In this document: positions 1-9,003 of the stretch, in pieces
Numbering within the stretch: the stretch's first letter is position 1
Layout: the number at the start of each line of letters is the position of its first letter
DNA from: an uncultured Chloroflexia bacterium
GTDB lineage: Bacteria; Chloroflexota; Dehalococcoidia; UBA2979
Reading direction: 5' to 3'
NCBI GenBank assembly: GCA_963728205.1
Contig: CAVSIV010000002.1
Span: 192,001-256,000, forward strand
Length of the DNA: 64,000 nt
Translations under genes and position numbers: made by a program
Notes under the pieces: model-generated
The model's database searches: none
Told to the model about the DNA's origin: nothing
What the model saw: the letters and a program-made list of their open reading frames with translations, nothing else

Positions 1-1087
1 TCGCCGCGTACTGAACGTCGCGCTGCTGCACGACGCCGGCGTGTGCGTGCGCACGATTGGGGGCCACCTCGAGGCCGGCGCGTGGGTCGCGGAGCGCTTC
101 GGGCTCGACGCCGGCGTCGGCGCGGCGATCCGCGCGACGCACGAGCGGTGGGACGGAAAGGGTCGCCCCGCGGAGCTCGCCGGCAGCGCCATCCCGATCG
201 AGGCGCTGGTGGTGAGCGCGGCGCACTGGGCGAACGACCACATCGAGGAGCCGGCGAACCCGCTGCGCGCCCGCGCGGCGCTGCAGCGCGCGCTCCCCGG
301 CGACCTGGAGTCCATCGTCGGCGCGCGCGTCACGGCCGCGCTGTGCTCGGTGCTGCGCGACGACCGCACGTGGATCGCGATGTGGGCGCCGGACCTGCTG
401 GCCGTCGTGGCCGCCGCCGGGGCGGGCGAGGGCAAGCCGTCGCACCGCAAGGTGGAGCGCGCCGCGGAGGCGATGGGCGAGGTGATCGACGCGGCCGTCC
501 GCGAAACCGGCCGCGCGCGACGCGTCGCCGAGCTGGCGAGCGCCATGGCGGTGGGGCTGGGGCTCGGTGCCGAAACGGCCCGCGCGCTCGGCATCGCGGG
601 CCACGTGCTCGACATCGGCCAGCTCGGCGTGCCGCGGCACATCACGGAGAAGCCGTCGATCCTGAGCGTCGACGAGATGGAGCAGATGCGCCGGCATCCC
701 GGGCTCGGCGCGCGCATGCTCGAGGCGGCGCCGGCGCTGGCGCCGCTCGCCACCTGGATCGAGGCGCACCACGAGCGGCCGGACGGCCGCGGCTACCCGG
801 GCATGCTCACCAACGGGGAGCTCGACCTGCCGCCGCGCATCCTCGCGGTCGCCGACTCGTACTGCGCGCTGCGCGCCGACCGGCCGTACCGTCCGGCGCT
901 CTCTCGCATCGAGGCGCTGTCGCTCGTGCGCGCCGGCGCCGGCACGCAGTTCGACCCGGGCGTCGTGGGCGCCCTGGCGTCGGCGGTGGACCGCTGCGAG
1001 TCGCGCTGGCGCCGCGAGGGCATCGCGCCGGAGTCCGACCGGCGTCGCCGGTCGACGGCGGCGCGCCGGTCGAAGCGATCGGCCTAG
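1..1087 (+). CDS. Tandem HD-GYP domain protein (5' end outside the window)
   Basis: Frame is open from base 2 (RRVLNVALLHDAG). Domain 1 has HD...HERWDGKGRP; domain 2 has GHVLDIG...HHERPDGRGYP...VADSY...DRPYR...GTQFDP. Confidence 0.85.
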   Translation, partial: RRVLNVALLHDAGVCVRTIGGHLEAGAWVAERFGLDAGVGAAIRATHERWDGKGRPAELAGSAIPIEALVVSAAHWANDHIEEPANPLRARAALQRALPGDLESIVGARVTAALCSVLRDDRTWIAMWAPDLLAVVAAAGAGEGKPSHRKVERAAEAMGEVIDAAVRETGRARRVAELASAMAVGLGLGAETARALGIAGHVLDIGQLGVPRHITEKPSILSVDEMEQMRRHPGLGARMLEAAPALAPLATWIEAHHERPDGRGYPGMLTNGELDLPPRILAVADSYCALRADRPYRPALSRIEALSLVRAGAGTQFDPGVVGALASAVDRCESRWRREGIAPESDRRRRSTAARRSKRSA

Positions 1088-1093
1088 CCGGCG

Positions 1094-1445
1094 CTAGATC
1101 CGCTCGAAGCGGTCGATCCCCAGCACGAAGACGATGGCGCCGCCGACGCGGACCTCGACGGGCTCGGCGCTGAAGCTGCCGTCGCCGAGGAACGGGAGCG
1201 TCTGCACGGGGACGAACTCACGGCGCGCGTGACAGACCTCGGTGACGACCGCGATCAGGCGATTCGAGCCGGTCCTCGGTGACCCCGCTGAAGATGGTGA
1301 CGTTGCCGCGGCGCAGGAAGCCGCCGGTCGACCCGACCTTCGTTGCGGGGAACTCCTCTTCGATCAGGCGCTCCATGAGCGTGTCGGCATCGGTGTCGGC
1401 GACGACCATCATGCACAGCTTCGTGGGATGCGCGGAGCCGGTCAC
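1094..1445 (-). CDS. darA: Cyclic di-AMP receptor, PII-like DarA/PstA (DUF970/YaaQ); apparent frameshift near 1262
   Basis: N-part [21 protein letters not shown]; after a frame change [15 protein letters not shown]...[22 protein letters not shown]. Both are signature DarA/PstA segments. Confidence 0.85.
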
Positions 1446-1609
1446 GCGGACGCGCCTTCTGTCGACGGCGGTGGCGTCGTGGGCGGCGGCGGCGTCGCCG
1501 GCGGCTCGGTTCCGACCAGCGTCGGCGCGTCGGCGCGTGTCGCGGAGACCAAGACCGCTGCGGTCACGCCAAGCGCAGCCCCAATCGCCAGCATGACGAA
1601 TCGACCCAT
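1442..1609 (-). CDS. Small (55 aa) single-TM or secreted Pro/Thr-rich protein
   Basis: GGAGGGAG RBS then [23 protein letters not shown]...[13 protein letters not shown]; stop overlaps the darA start (GTGA). Confidence 0.5.
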   Translation of the reverse strand: MGRFVMLAIGAALGVTAAVLVSATRADAPTLVGTEPPATPPPPTTPPPSTEGASA

Positions 1610-1825
1610 CCGCGCGCTCCCTCCGGTGCCCGGCCCCGCATCGCGAGGCGCGGCGTTCCCGACCGCCGCGGGCAGCATACTAACCCCGCCCCGGGGGGCA
1701 CGCGCCAGCACCGGCGCGCCCGCCTCGGGGCCCTCGACGATTCCTTGAGAGCAGTGGGGGCCGATGCTACGCTCGCGCTCCCGAACGACGCTCGCGCTCC
1801 CGCAGCGCCCCCCAGGGGAGACACC

Positions 1826-3203
1826 GTGACAGATACCCACGAGCCGGCCTCCGAGATGAAGGCCGACCTGGAGACGATGACCTCGCTCGCGAAGCGGCGC
1901 GGCTTCGTCTTCCCCTCGGCCGAGATCTACGGGGGCTTCGAGGCCACCTACGACTACGGCCCGCTCGGGGTCGCGATGCGCCGCAACATCCGCGATCTGA
2001 TGGTGGCGTGCGATGGTGCAGGAGCGCGGGGACATCGTCGGCCTCGAGGCCGCGATCATCAGCGCTCCCAAGATCTGGGAGGCGTCGGGCCACGTCGAGG
2101 TGTTCCACGACCCGATGGTCGACTGCCTGAACTGCAACGCGCGCCTGCGCGCGGACCACATCGAGAACAACACCTGCCCCGAGTGCGGCACGGTCGGCCA
2201 GTTCACCGAGCCCCGCAACTTCCACCTGATGCTGCGCACGCACGTCGGCCCGGTGGAGGACGCCGGGGCCACTGCGTACCTGCGGCCGGAGACGGCGCAG
2301 GGCATGTTCGTGAACTTCGAGAACGTGCAGCAGACGACGCGCAAGCGGTTGCCGTTCGGGATCGCGCAGATCGGCAAGTCGTTCCGCAACGAGATCACCG
2401 TGAAGCAGTTCATCTTCCGGACGCGCGAGTTCGAGCAGATGGAGATGGAGTTCTTCTGCCACCCGGACGACTCGATGCGCTGGCATGACTACTGGAAGCG
2501 CGAGCGGCTGCGCTGGCACTACTCGCTCGGCATCCGTCCGCAGCACCTGCGGCTGCGCAACCACACGGCGGAGGAGCTATCGCACTACTCGAAGGCGACG
2601 GCCGACGTCGAGGTCCACTACCCGTGGGGCTGGGGCGAGCTCGAGGGCATCGCCCATCGTGGCGACTACGACCTGACGCAGCACGCGAAGGCGTCCGGCA
2701 AGTCGCTGTCGTACTTCGACCCGGACACGAACGAGCACGTGGTGCCACACGTCGTGGAGCCGGCGGTCGGCGTCGACCGCATCATGCTCACGCTGATGAT
2801 GGACGCGTACGACGAGGAGACGCTCGAGAACGGCGAGACGCGCACGGTGCTGCGCTTCGCGCCGGAGATCGCGCCCGTCGCGGTGGCGGTGCTGCCGCTG
2901 TCGCGCAACGAGAAGCTGGTGCCGACGGCGCAGCGCATCTGGGACGTGCTGCGGCCGCACTTCCGCACGCAGTACGACGACGCGCAGTCGATCGGCCGGC
3001 GCTACCGGCGCCAGGACGAGATCGGCACGCCGCTGTGCGTGACGGTGGATTTCGAGACGATGGACGACGACGCGGTGACGATCCGCGACCGCGATACGAT
3101 GACCCAGGTACGCGTGCCGGTGAGCAGTCTCATCGAGGCCCTGGGCGCGCGCCTGGATGAGCTGCGGCCGCAGGTGCCGTCGCGCGACGAGATCGAGGTG
3201 TAA
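1826..3203 (+). CDS. glyQS: Glycine--tRNA ligase, alpha2 (homodimeric) type; apparent frameshift near 1998-2012
   Basis: [17 protein letters not shown]...YDYGPLG in one frame; [52 protein letters not shown] and [14 protein letters not shown] in the next. Confidence 0.95.
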
Positions 3204-3231
3204 CCTGGCCGCCGCCCGCCCCCGCCTGCGC

Positions 3232-4017
3232 ATGCTCCACACGTCCGACGTGCACCTCGGCGCCTACGACAGCGGCTCGATCGAGCTGCGCGAAGAGCTG
3301 CACGACACCTTTCGCCGCGTGATTGACGTCGGCCGGCGCGAGCGCGTCGATTTCATGGTGATCGCCGGCGACTTCTTCGACAACGCGCGGGTGCGCGAGG
3401 AGACGCTGCGCTTCGCGGCCGAGCAGATCGCGCGGCTCGAGCGGCCGGCGGTGATCGCGCCCGGCAACCACGATCACGTGGGGCCGGGGTCGGTCTACGA
3501 CCGCATCGACCTCGAGGCGGCGGCGCCGGGGCTGCGCATCCTGCGTGAGCCGGGCGGCGAGACCGTGCCCGTGGACGGCCTGCCGGTCGAGGTCTGGGGG
3601 CGCGCGCACACGGAGCAGGACCCGGCGTTCCGGCCGTTCGAGCAGATGCCCGAGCCGGGTGACGCGCCGTGGCAGATCGGCGCGGGGCACGGGCACTTCA
3701 TCCACCCGAAGGCGCTGCTGCACCACTCGTTCCACATCCGGCGTGAACACCTCCAGGCGTCGGAGCGCGACTACGTCGCGCTCGGCCACTGGGAGCAGCT
3801 GACGCGCGTGGCGGCCGGCGACCGCACGGTGGCCGCGTACTCCGGCGCGCCGGAGCCACTCGGGCACACGCGTGCGATCGGCGGACGCGTGCTGATCGTG
3901 GACTTCTACGAAGACGGGACCGTGCGCCTCACCGCCCATTCGGTAGAGGAGGCTCCGCCGATCGAGCACGACGACCTGCCGTTCCTCGAAGGACTGCCGC
4001 TCGCGGCGGACGCCTGA
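3232..4017 (+). CDS. Calcineurin-like metallophosphoesterase, SbcD/Mre11-like
   Basis: Motifs SDVHLG, AGDFFD, PGNHD, GHGH, ALGHWE, YSGAPE. Confidence 0.85.
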   Translation: MLHTSDVHLGAYDSGSIELREELHDTFRRVIDVGRRERVDFMVIAGDFFDNARVREETLRFAAEQIARLERPAVIAPGNHDHVGPGSVYDRIDLEAAAPGLRILREPGGETVPVDGLPVEVWGRAHTEQDPAFRPFEQMPEPGDAPWQIGAGHGHFIHPKALLHHSFHIRREHLQASERDYVALGHWEQLTRVAAGDRTVAAYSGAPEPLGHTRAIGGRVLIVDFYEDGTVRLTAHSVEEAPPIEHDDLPFLEGLPLAADA

Positions 4018-4018
4018 C

Positions 4019-4597
4019 GTGGCGGCGCCCGACGGTTTCGCGCTGCGGCGCGCATCGGTCGCGGACGCCGGCACGGTCGCCGACCTGCACGTGCGCTCGT
4101 GGCGCTCCGCCTACCGTGACTTCCTCCCAGCGGACTATCTCGCGGGACTCGACCCGGCCGCGCATGCCGCGGCGTACTGGACGCCGGCGCTGGCGCGCGA
4201 GGTCGGGCGGCCGATGGCGTATACGCGCCTCGCGACCGTCGGCGGTGTGCCGACGGGCTTCGTGTCGATCGAGGGGCCGGACGGCGTGCCGCCGCCCGAG
4301 GAGGCGCTGCCCGGGCACGGGTACGTGCACCACATCCACGTCGCGCCCGAGCGGGTGGGGACCGGGGTCGGCGCCGCGCTGTGGCGCGACGCGCTCGGCG
4401 CGCTTGCCGCTGCCGGGCTCGAGCGCGGGACGCTCGCGGTGTACGAGCCGAACGCGCGGGCACGCGCGTTCTACGAGCGCATGGGCTGGCGCGCCGATGG
4501 CTGGTCGATGGGGCGCGCGTTCCCCTCGGCGGGCGGCGGGGTGACGGTCTCGATGCTGCGGTACGCGGGGCCGACCGTCCAGAGCGGCGGCAGATAG
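4019..4597 (+). CDS. GNAT family N-acetyltransferase
   Basis: HVRSWRSAY, IHVAPERVGTGVGAAL (acetyl-CoA motif A), NARARAFYERMGW. Confidence 0.85.
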   Translation: MAAPDGFALRRASVADAGTVADLHVRSWRSAYRDFLPADYLAGLDPAAHAAAYWTPALAREVGRPMAYTRLATVGGVPTGFVSIEGPDGVPPPEEALPGHGYVHHIHVAPERVGTGVGAALWRDALGALAAAGLERGTLAVYEPNARARAFYERMGWRADGWSMGRAFPSAGGGVTVSMLRYAGPTVQSGGR

Positions 4598-4813
4598 GCC
4601 GCCGCGCCTATCGGCGGCGGCGTTCGCCGCCGGCCGCGTCGGCGGCGGCCGCCGCGCCTATCGGCGGCGGCGTTCGCCGCCGGCCGCGTCGGCGGCGGCC
4701 GCCGCGCCTATCGGCGGCGGCGTTCGCCGCCGGCCGCGTCGGCGGCGGCCGCCGCGCCTATCGGCGGCGGCGTTCGCCGCCGGCCGCGTCGGCGGCATGT
4801 CTGCCGCCGCTTG
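4597..4813. repeat. Four exact 50-bp tandem units with internal palindromes plus a terminal hairpin (REP/BIME-like)
   Basis: gccgcgccta recurs at 4601, 4651, 4701 and 4751; lies between convergent genes. Confidence 0.9.
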
Positions 4814-4828
4814 GGAAGGGACCCCGCG

Positions 4829-5302
4829 TCAGGCCCAGCGAGCGAGTTCGCGGTCGAGGTCGAGCGGCTGGACGATGGCGCGGCGGTCGTATTCGCCCCA
4901 CTGGTCGCGCGGCACCATCCACATCACCTCGAACTCGTTGCCGTCGGGGTCATGCCCGTAGAGCGACTTCGTCGCGCCGTGATCGCTCATGCCGGTGAGG
5001 GCGTCGAGCTCCGCGAGGACCGCCGCCGCGCGAGCGAGATCCGCGATGGCGGGCACTTCCCACGCCAGGTGGTAGAGACCGGTGGCGCCACGCGGCGGGC
5101 GCGGCGCGTTCGCGCCGACCGCGGCGAGCCCGAGGTCGTGGTGGTTGCTCGATCCCGGTGCGCGGAGGAAGGCCATCTGGCCGAACTCGCGGGCGATCTC
5201 CTCGAATCCGAAGGCGCGCTGGTAGAACGTCGACGCGCGGTCGAGGTCGCGCACGTAGAGCACGGCGTGGTTGAGGCGGGCGACGGGGATGGAGTCAGGC
5301 AC
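4829..5302 (-). CDS. VOC/glyoxalase family protein (catechol dioxygenase-like fold)
   Basis: LNHAVLYVRDL, NHHDLGL, GLYHLAW, DHGATKSLYGHDPDGNEFEV. Confidence 0.85.
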   Translation of the reverse strand: MPDSIPVARLNHAVLYVRDLDRASTFYQRAFGFEEIAREFGQMAFLRAPGSSNHHDLGLAAVGANAPRPPRGATGLYHLAWEVPAIADLARAAAVLAELDALTGMSDHGATKSLYGHDPDGNEFEVMWMVPRDQWGEYDRRAIVQPLDLDRELARWA

Positions 5303-5453
5303 TGGCGGATCCTCGGGTGGGGGAGACGATCGTACGACACGGCGGTCGGCCCGGTGCGTGAGCGGTGAGACGGCAGGGGTGGCCGGGTTGTCGGCGTCGA
5401 CCAGCGGGCCGGCGGCTCGCTGCTCGCCGGTGGCGTCGGTCGGGGGGACAACG

Positions 5454-5481
5454 GACGAGGCGCCCTCAGGGGCGCCTCGTC
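5454..5481 (-). terminator. Hairpin downstream of the ferredoxin gene
   Basis: GACGAGGCGCCC-tcag-GGGCGCCTCGTC, perfect 12-bp stem. Confidence 0.6.
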
Positions 5482-5508
5482 ATTCAACGGAAGACGGTGC
5501 AGCCGCGG

Positions 5509-5784
5509 CTAGGCGGGCACCTTGGCGCGCGCGGCGTCCTTGTCCTGGTACCAGAGGCGGTTGATCTCGTCGAAGAGCTTCTGGTCGTCCGGAACGTCGT
5601 CCTCGGCGAAGATCGCCGACACCGGGCAGGCCGGCTCGCACGCGCCGCAGTCGATGCACTCATCCGGGTCGATGTAGAGCATCTTGTCGACGCCCTCTTC
5701 AAAGTGGATGCAGTCGACCGGGCAGACGTCGACGCACGACTGGTCCATCGTGTCGATGCACGGCTGCGTGATGATGTAGGTCAT
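5509..5784 (-). CDS. fdxA: 7Fe ([3Fe-4S]+[4Fe-4S]) ferredoxin
   Basis: C-x7-CVDVCPVDC and [12 protein letters not shown] motifs. Confidence 0.9.
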   Translation of the reverse strand: MTYIITQPCIDTMDQSCVDVCPVDCIHFEEGVDKMLYIDPDECIDCGACEPACPVSAIFAEDDVPDDQKLFDEINRLWYQDKDAARAKVPA

Positions 5785-5950
5785 ATCCGGGAGATTCCCT
5801 TCCGGCGCTTGCAGGTCCACGCCGGCGCGGATGCCGACAATCGCGGGTCAGCGGAACAGCGCGATTCTAGGGACGCGCTGCCGTGCGAACAACTGACCGG
5901 GTCACGGCGCCGCCGTCGGCGCCCGCCGGGGCTCGCGGCACGGGCGAGTG

Positions 5951-6445
5951 TCAGGACCCGCGCTCCCAGAAGCGCCAGCGCGACCGTTTGCGCGCGCTCT
6001 GCTCGGCGCGGGCCGATGCCGTGGCCTCGTCGAGCTGGCGCTGTGCCTCCGCGACGGCGGCGGCGAGGCGGCGGTTGAGCATCACCGCGTGCGTCACGAC
6101 GTCGAGCGCGATGCCCGGCTCCTCGGCCGACTCCGGGTAGAGCCAGGTCATCGTCTCGGTGAAGCGCGGCACGGCCGAGCGGCCGTTCGCCATGCCGTAC
6201 TGCTTGAGCTCGTTGGTCACGCCCTCCACGGCCTGGCTGAGCTTGAGGATCTGGAACGGCGAGACGTCGATCTCGACCACGGCCTGGGAGAGAAGCGGCA
6301 GCATGTCGTCGTGCACCTGCTGCAGGCCGAGGTCGTGTTTCTGGAGGGTCTCCGGGTTGACCTCCGAGCCGGGCCGGCCGAGGTGGTAGACGGTCGCCAG
6401 GTAGACGATCCGGGCGTCCTCGTTGCGGAGCTGGAGTCTGGTCAT
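5951..6445 (-). CDS. Hypothetical protein with C-terminal coiled coil and RWRFW tail
   Basis: Strong GC3 codon bias and protein-like composition. Confidence 0.7.
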   Translation of the reverse strand: MTRLQLRNEDARIVYLATVYHLGRPGSEVNPETLQKHDLGLQQVHDDMLPLLSQAVVEIDVSPFQILKLSQAVEGVTNELKQYGMANGRSAVPRFTETMTWLYPESAEEPGIALDVVTHAVMLNRRLAAAVAEAQRQLDEATASARAEQSARKRSRWRFWERGS

Positions 6446-6500
6446 GGCGACAGCGTACCGGACGCGCCCGCCGGCGGGCCGCGCGGCGCGGTGCTGCGCG

Positions 6501-7742
6501 TCAGACGAAGCGCAGCCAGGCCCACGTCAGTGCGAGCTGCGCGAGCGCCAGCGGGGCGCCGACGCGGGTGAACTCCCAGAAGCCGATGCGCTCGCCGAAC
6601 CGGCGCTCGGCGCCGTCGACGACGATGACGTTGCTCGCGGCGCCGATCAGCGTGAGGTTGCCGGCGAGCGTGCTGCCCGCGGCGAGCGCCATGCGCGCCG
6701 CGGTGCCGCCGGCGGCGGCGTGCAGCGCGGGGAGGTAGAGCGCGACGAGGGGCACGTTCGAGACGAGCTGCGAGAGCGCCGCGCTCGTGGCGAGGATGAC
6801 CGGCGTGCTCGCGACGCGCCCGCCGAGGTGCGCGACGACGTGCGCCGTGACGCCGGCGTGGTTCACGCCGCCGACGACGACGAACAGCGCGGCGAAGAAC
6901 GCGAGCGTCGCCCAGTCGATCCCGCGCACGAGGGCGAGGCGGCGCGGGCTGAGCGCGATGAGCAGCGCGGCGGGGACGAGCGCGATCGCGGTGAGCCGCA
7001 GGTCGAAGCCGCTGCCGGCGGCGACGAGCACGACGCGCGCGCCGACGAGCGCGAGCAGCAGCACGAGCGCCCACGCGGCGAGCCGCGCGAGAGCGGGGTC
7101 GCGGACCGGCGCGGGTGCGTGGACCAGCGCCTCGCCGTGGAAGTCGCCGCGAAACGCGACGCGCAGCGCGAGCCAGGTGAGGGCGAGCGCGCCGGCGGCC
7201 GGCACGGCGAGGTAGCGGGCGAAGTCGACGAAGGGGTTGGCGCCGCCGCCGGCGAGCGCGACGAGGAGGTTCTGCGGGTTGCCGATCGGGCTCGCGACGC
7301 TGCCGGCGGTGACGGCGAACGCGAGCGCGAGCAGCGTGAGGCGCGCCGGCACGCGGTGCGCGCGGGCGAGTGCGACGGCGACGGGCGTGCCGACGATGGC
7401 CAGCGTGTCGTTCATCAGCAGCGCCGACGCGACGCCGGCGCCGACGACGATCAGCGCGACGAGCCCGCCGACGCTCCGCGCGCGCCCGAAGAACCCGCCG
7501 GCGAGGCGGGCGAGGAGCCCGCTCTCCTCGAGCGCGCGCCCGAGCACGAACATGCCGAGGAGAAAGAGCATGACGTCGAGGTCGACGGCGCGCAGGGCGT
7601 CGACTGGGCCGATGCGGCCGGTGAGCAGCATCGCCGTCGCGCCGCCGACGAGGATCTGCCAGATCTGCAGGCGCAGCGTTCCGACCTGCCGCACGGCGAT
7701 CAGGACGACGATGGCCCCGAGGACGAGCAGCGCGACGGTCAC
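6501..7742 (-). CDS. ArsB/NhaD/CitM (IT superfamily) anion permease
   Basis: About 11-12 TM helices; SALLMNDT, SPIGNPQNL, SQLVSNVP, AGSTLAGNLTLIGAASN. Confidence 0.85.
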   Translation of the reverse strand: MTVALLVLGAIVVLIAVRQVGTLRLQIWQILVGGATAMLLTGRIGPVDALRAVDLDVMLFLLGMFVLGRALEESGLLARLAGGFFGRARSVGGLVALIVVGAGVASALLMNDTLAIVGTPVAVALARAHRVPARLTLLALAFAVTAGSVASPIGNPQNLLVALAGGGANPFVDFARYLAVPAAGALALTWLALRVAFRGDFHGEALVHAPAPVRDPALARLAAWALVLLLALVGARVVLVAAGSGFDLRLTAIALVPAALLIALSPRRLALVRGIDWATLAFFAALFVVVGGVNHAGVTAHVVAHLGGRVASTPVILATSAALSQLVSNVPLVALYLPALHAAAGGTAARMALAAGSTLAGNLTLIGAASNVIVVDGAERRFGERIGFWEFTRVGAPLALAQLALTWAWLRFV

Positions 7743-7835
7743 GCGCCGATCATCGGGGGCCGCGCGCTTACGTGGGCGGGATGGCGAGTGCCTCTGGCCG
7801 ACTCCGGCGTCGCCCGCGGCGCGGGCCCCGGGCGG

Positions 7836-8180
7836 CTAGGCGACGAGCGGCAGCCATGGTCCGACGTCGAGCCGGCGTCCGAAGTGGTCGAGCGCGAGGT
7901 GCGCGTCGCGTGCGTCGCACCGCGCGGTCACGGTGACCTGGGCGGCGGCGGCGTGCATCGCCGACCAGCGCGCCCAGGCGAAGCCGCGCTCGTCGGTGAC
8001 GGCGGAGGCGGTGACCGCGTGCGCGCGCGGCGCGAAGGTGGCGTCGCCGGTCAGCGAGAACGTGACCTGGGCGCCGGGGATCGCCCAGCCCGAGCCGTTG
8101 CGTACCGTCGCACGCACCACCCGCGCGCCCGGCTCGCCCGGGCCCGGCTCGATGTCGAACTCGATCGTGGCTTCAGCCAT
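7836..8180 (-). CDS. Small Ig-like (Big_1/invasin-type) domain protein
   Basis: ATVRNGSGWAIPGAQVTFS...AVTDERGFA...VTVTA pattern; GGAGGAG RBS. Confidence 0.55.
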   Translation of the reverse strand: MAEATIEFDIEPGPGEPGARVVRATVRNGSGWAIPGAQVTFSLTGDATFAPRAHAVTASAVTDERGFAWARWSAMHAAAAQVTVTARCDARDAHLALDHFGRRLDVGPWLPLVA

Positions 8181-8232
8181 CTCGCTCCTCCGCTCGTCCG
8201 CCGAGCGCGCGGCAGGCTAGGATGCGCGCCCC

Positions 8233-9003
8233 ATGATCAACAAGGTAGTCCCGACGTTCGACCAGGCCGTTGCCGACGTCCCCGACGGCGCGGTCATCCA
8301 CTTCGGCGGCTTCGCCTCGCCCTTCAACACGCCGAACCTGCTGATCGCCGCGCTCGCGCGGCAGGGCGCGACGGGGCTCACGGCCGTCTCGACGTGGATG
8401 GGGCTGGGCGAGGCGATGGATCGCGAGCGCGCGGCGTCGCTGGCGTCGCTGCTCGACTGGCCGGTCGATAGCTTCGACGTGGGGCGGCTCGCGGAGCTCG
8501 GGCGCATCCGGCACGCGGTCACATCGTTCCCTGTGGCGTCGTCGCCGCGGCAGCGGTCGCCGTTTGAGCACCGGCTGGAGGCGGGGGAGGCGACCGTGGA
8601 GGTGCAGGGCCAGGGCACGATCGCGGAGCGCATCCGCGCGGCGAAGGCCGGGATCGCGGCGTTCTACACGCCGGTAGGGCCGGGGACGTTCGTCGCGGAC
8701 GGCAAGGAGGTGCGCGACTTCGACGGCGTGCCGCACGTGCTGGAGCGCGCGCTGCATGCGGACTTCGCGCTGATCCGCGCGCGAGCCGCCGATCGGCACG
8801 GCAACCTCGCGTACCACGGTCCGCGCACGTTCAACCAGACGATGGCGGGGGCGGCGACCGTGACCATCGCCGAGGTCGACGCGGTGGTGCCGCTCGGCGC
8901 GCTGGAGCCGGACGCGATCCACACGCCGGGCGTCTACGTGCAGCGCGTCGTGGTGCGGCCGGCGACGCCGGTGGCGGCCGCGTCGTGGCGGGAGCCGCGG
9001 TGA
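8233..9003 (+). CDS. 3-oxoacid CoA-transferase subunit A (PcaI/ScoA-like)
   Basis: DGAVIHFGGF, QGTIAERIRAAKAGIAAFYTP, ADRHGNL, IHTPGVYVQRVV. Confidence 0.9.
   Translation: MINKVVPTFDQAVADVPDGAVIHFGGFASPFNTPNLLIAALARQGATGLTAVSTWMGLGEAMDRERAASLASLLDWPVDSFDVGRLAELGRIRHAVTSFPVASSPRQRSPFEHRLEAGEATVEVQGQGTIAERIRAAKAGIAAFYTPVGPGTFVADGKEVRDFDGVPHVLERALHADFALIRARAADRHGNLAYHGPRTFNQTMAGAATVTIAEVDAVVPLGALEPDAIHTPGVYVQRVVVRPATPVAAASWREPR

Noticed and set aside
1680-1826. T-box leader for glyQS
   Set aside because: Too short and no GGTGGNACC T-box sequence.
4597-4813. CRISPR array
   Set aside because: Units are contiguous and identical with no unique spacers; no cas genes in the window.
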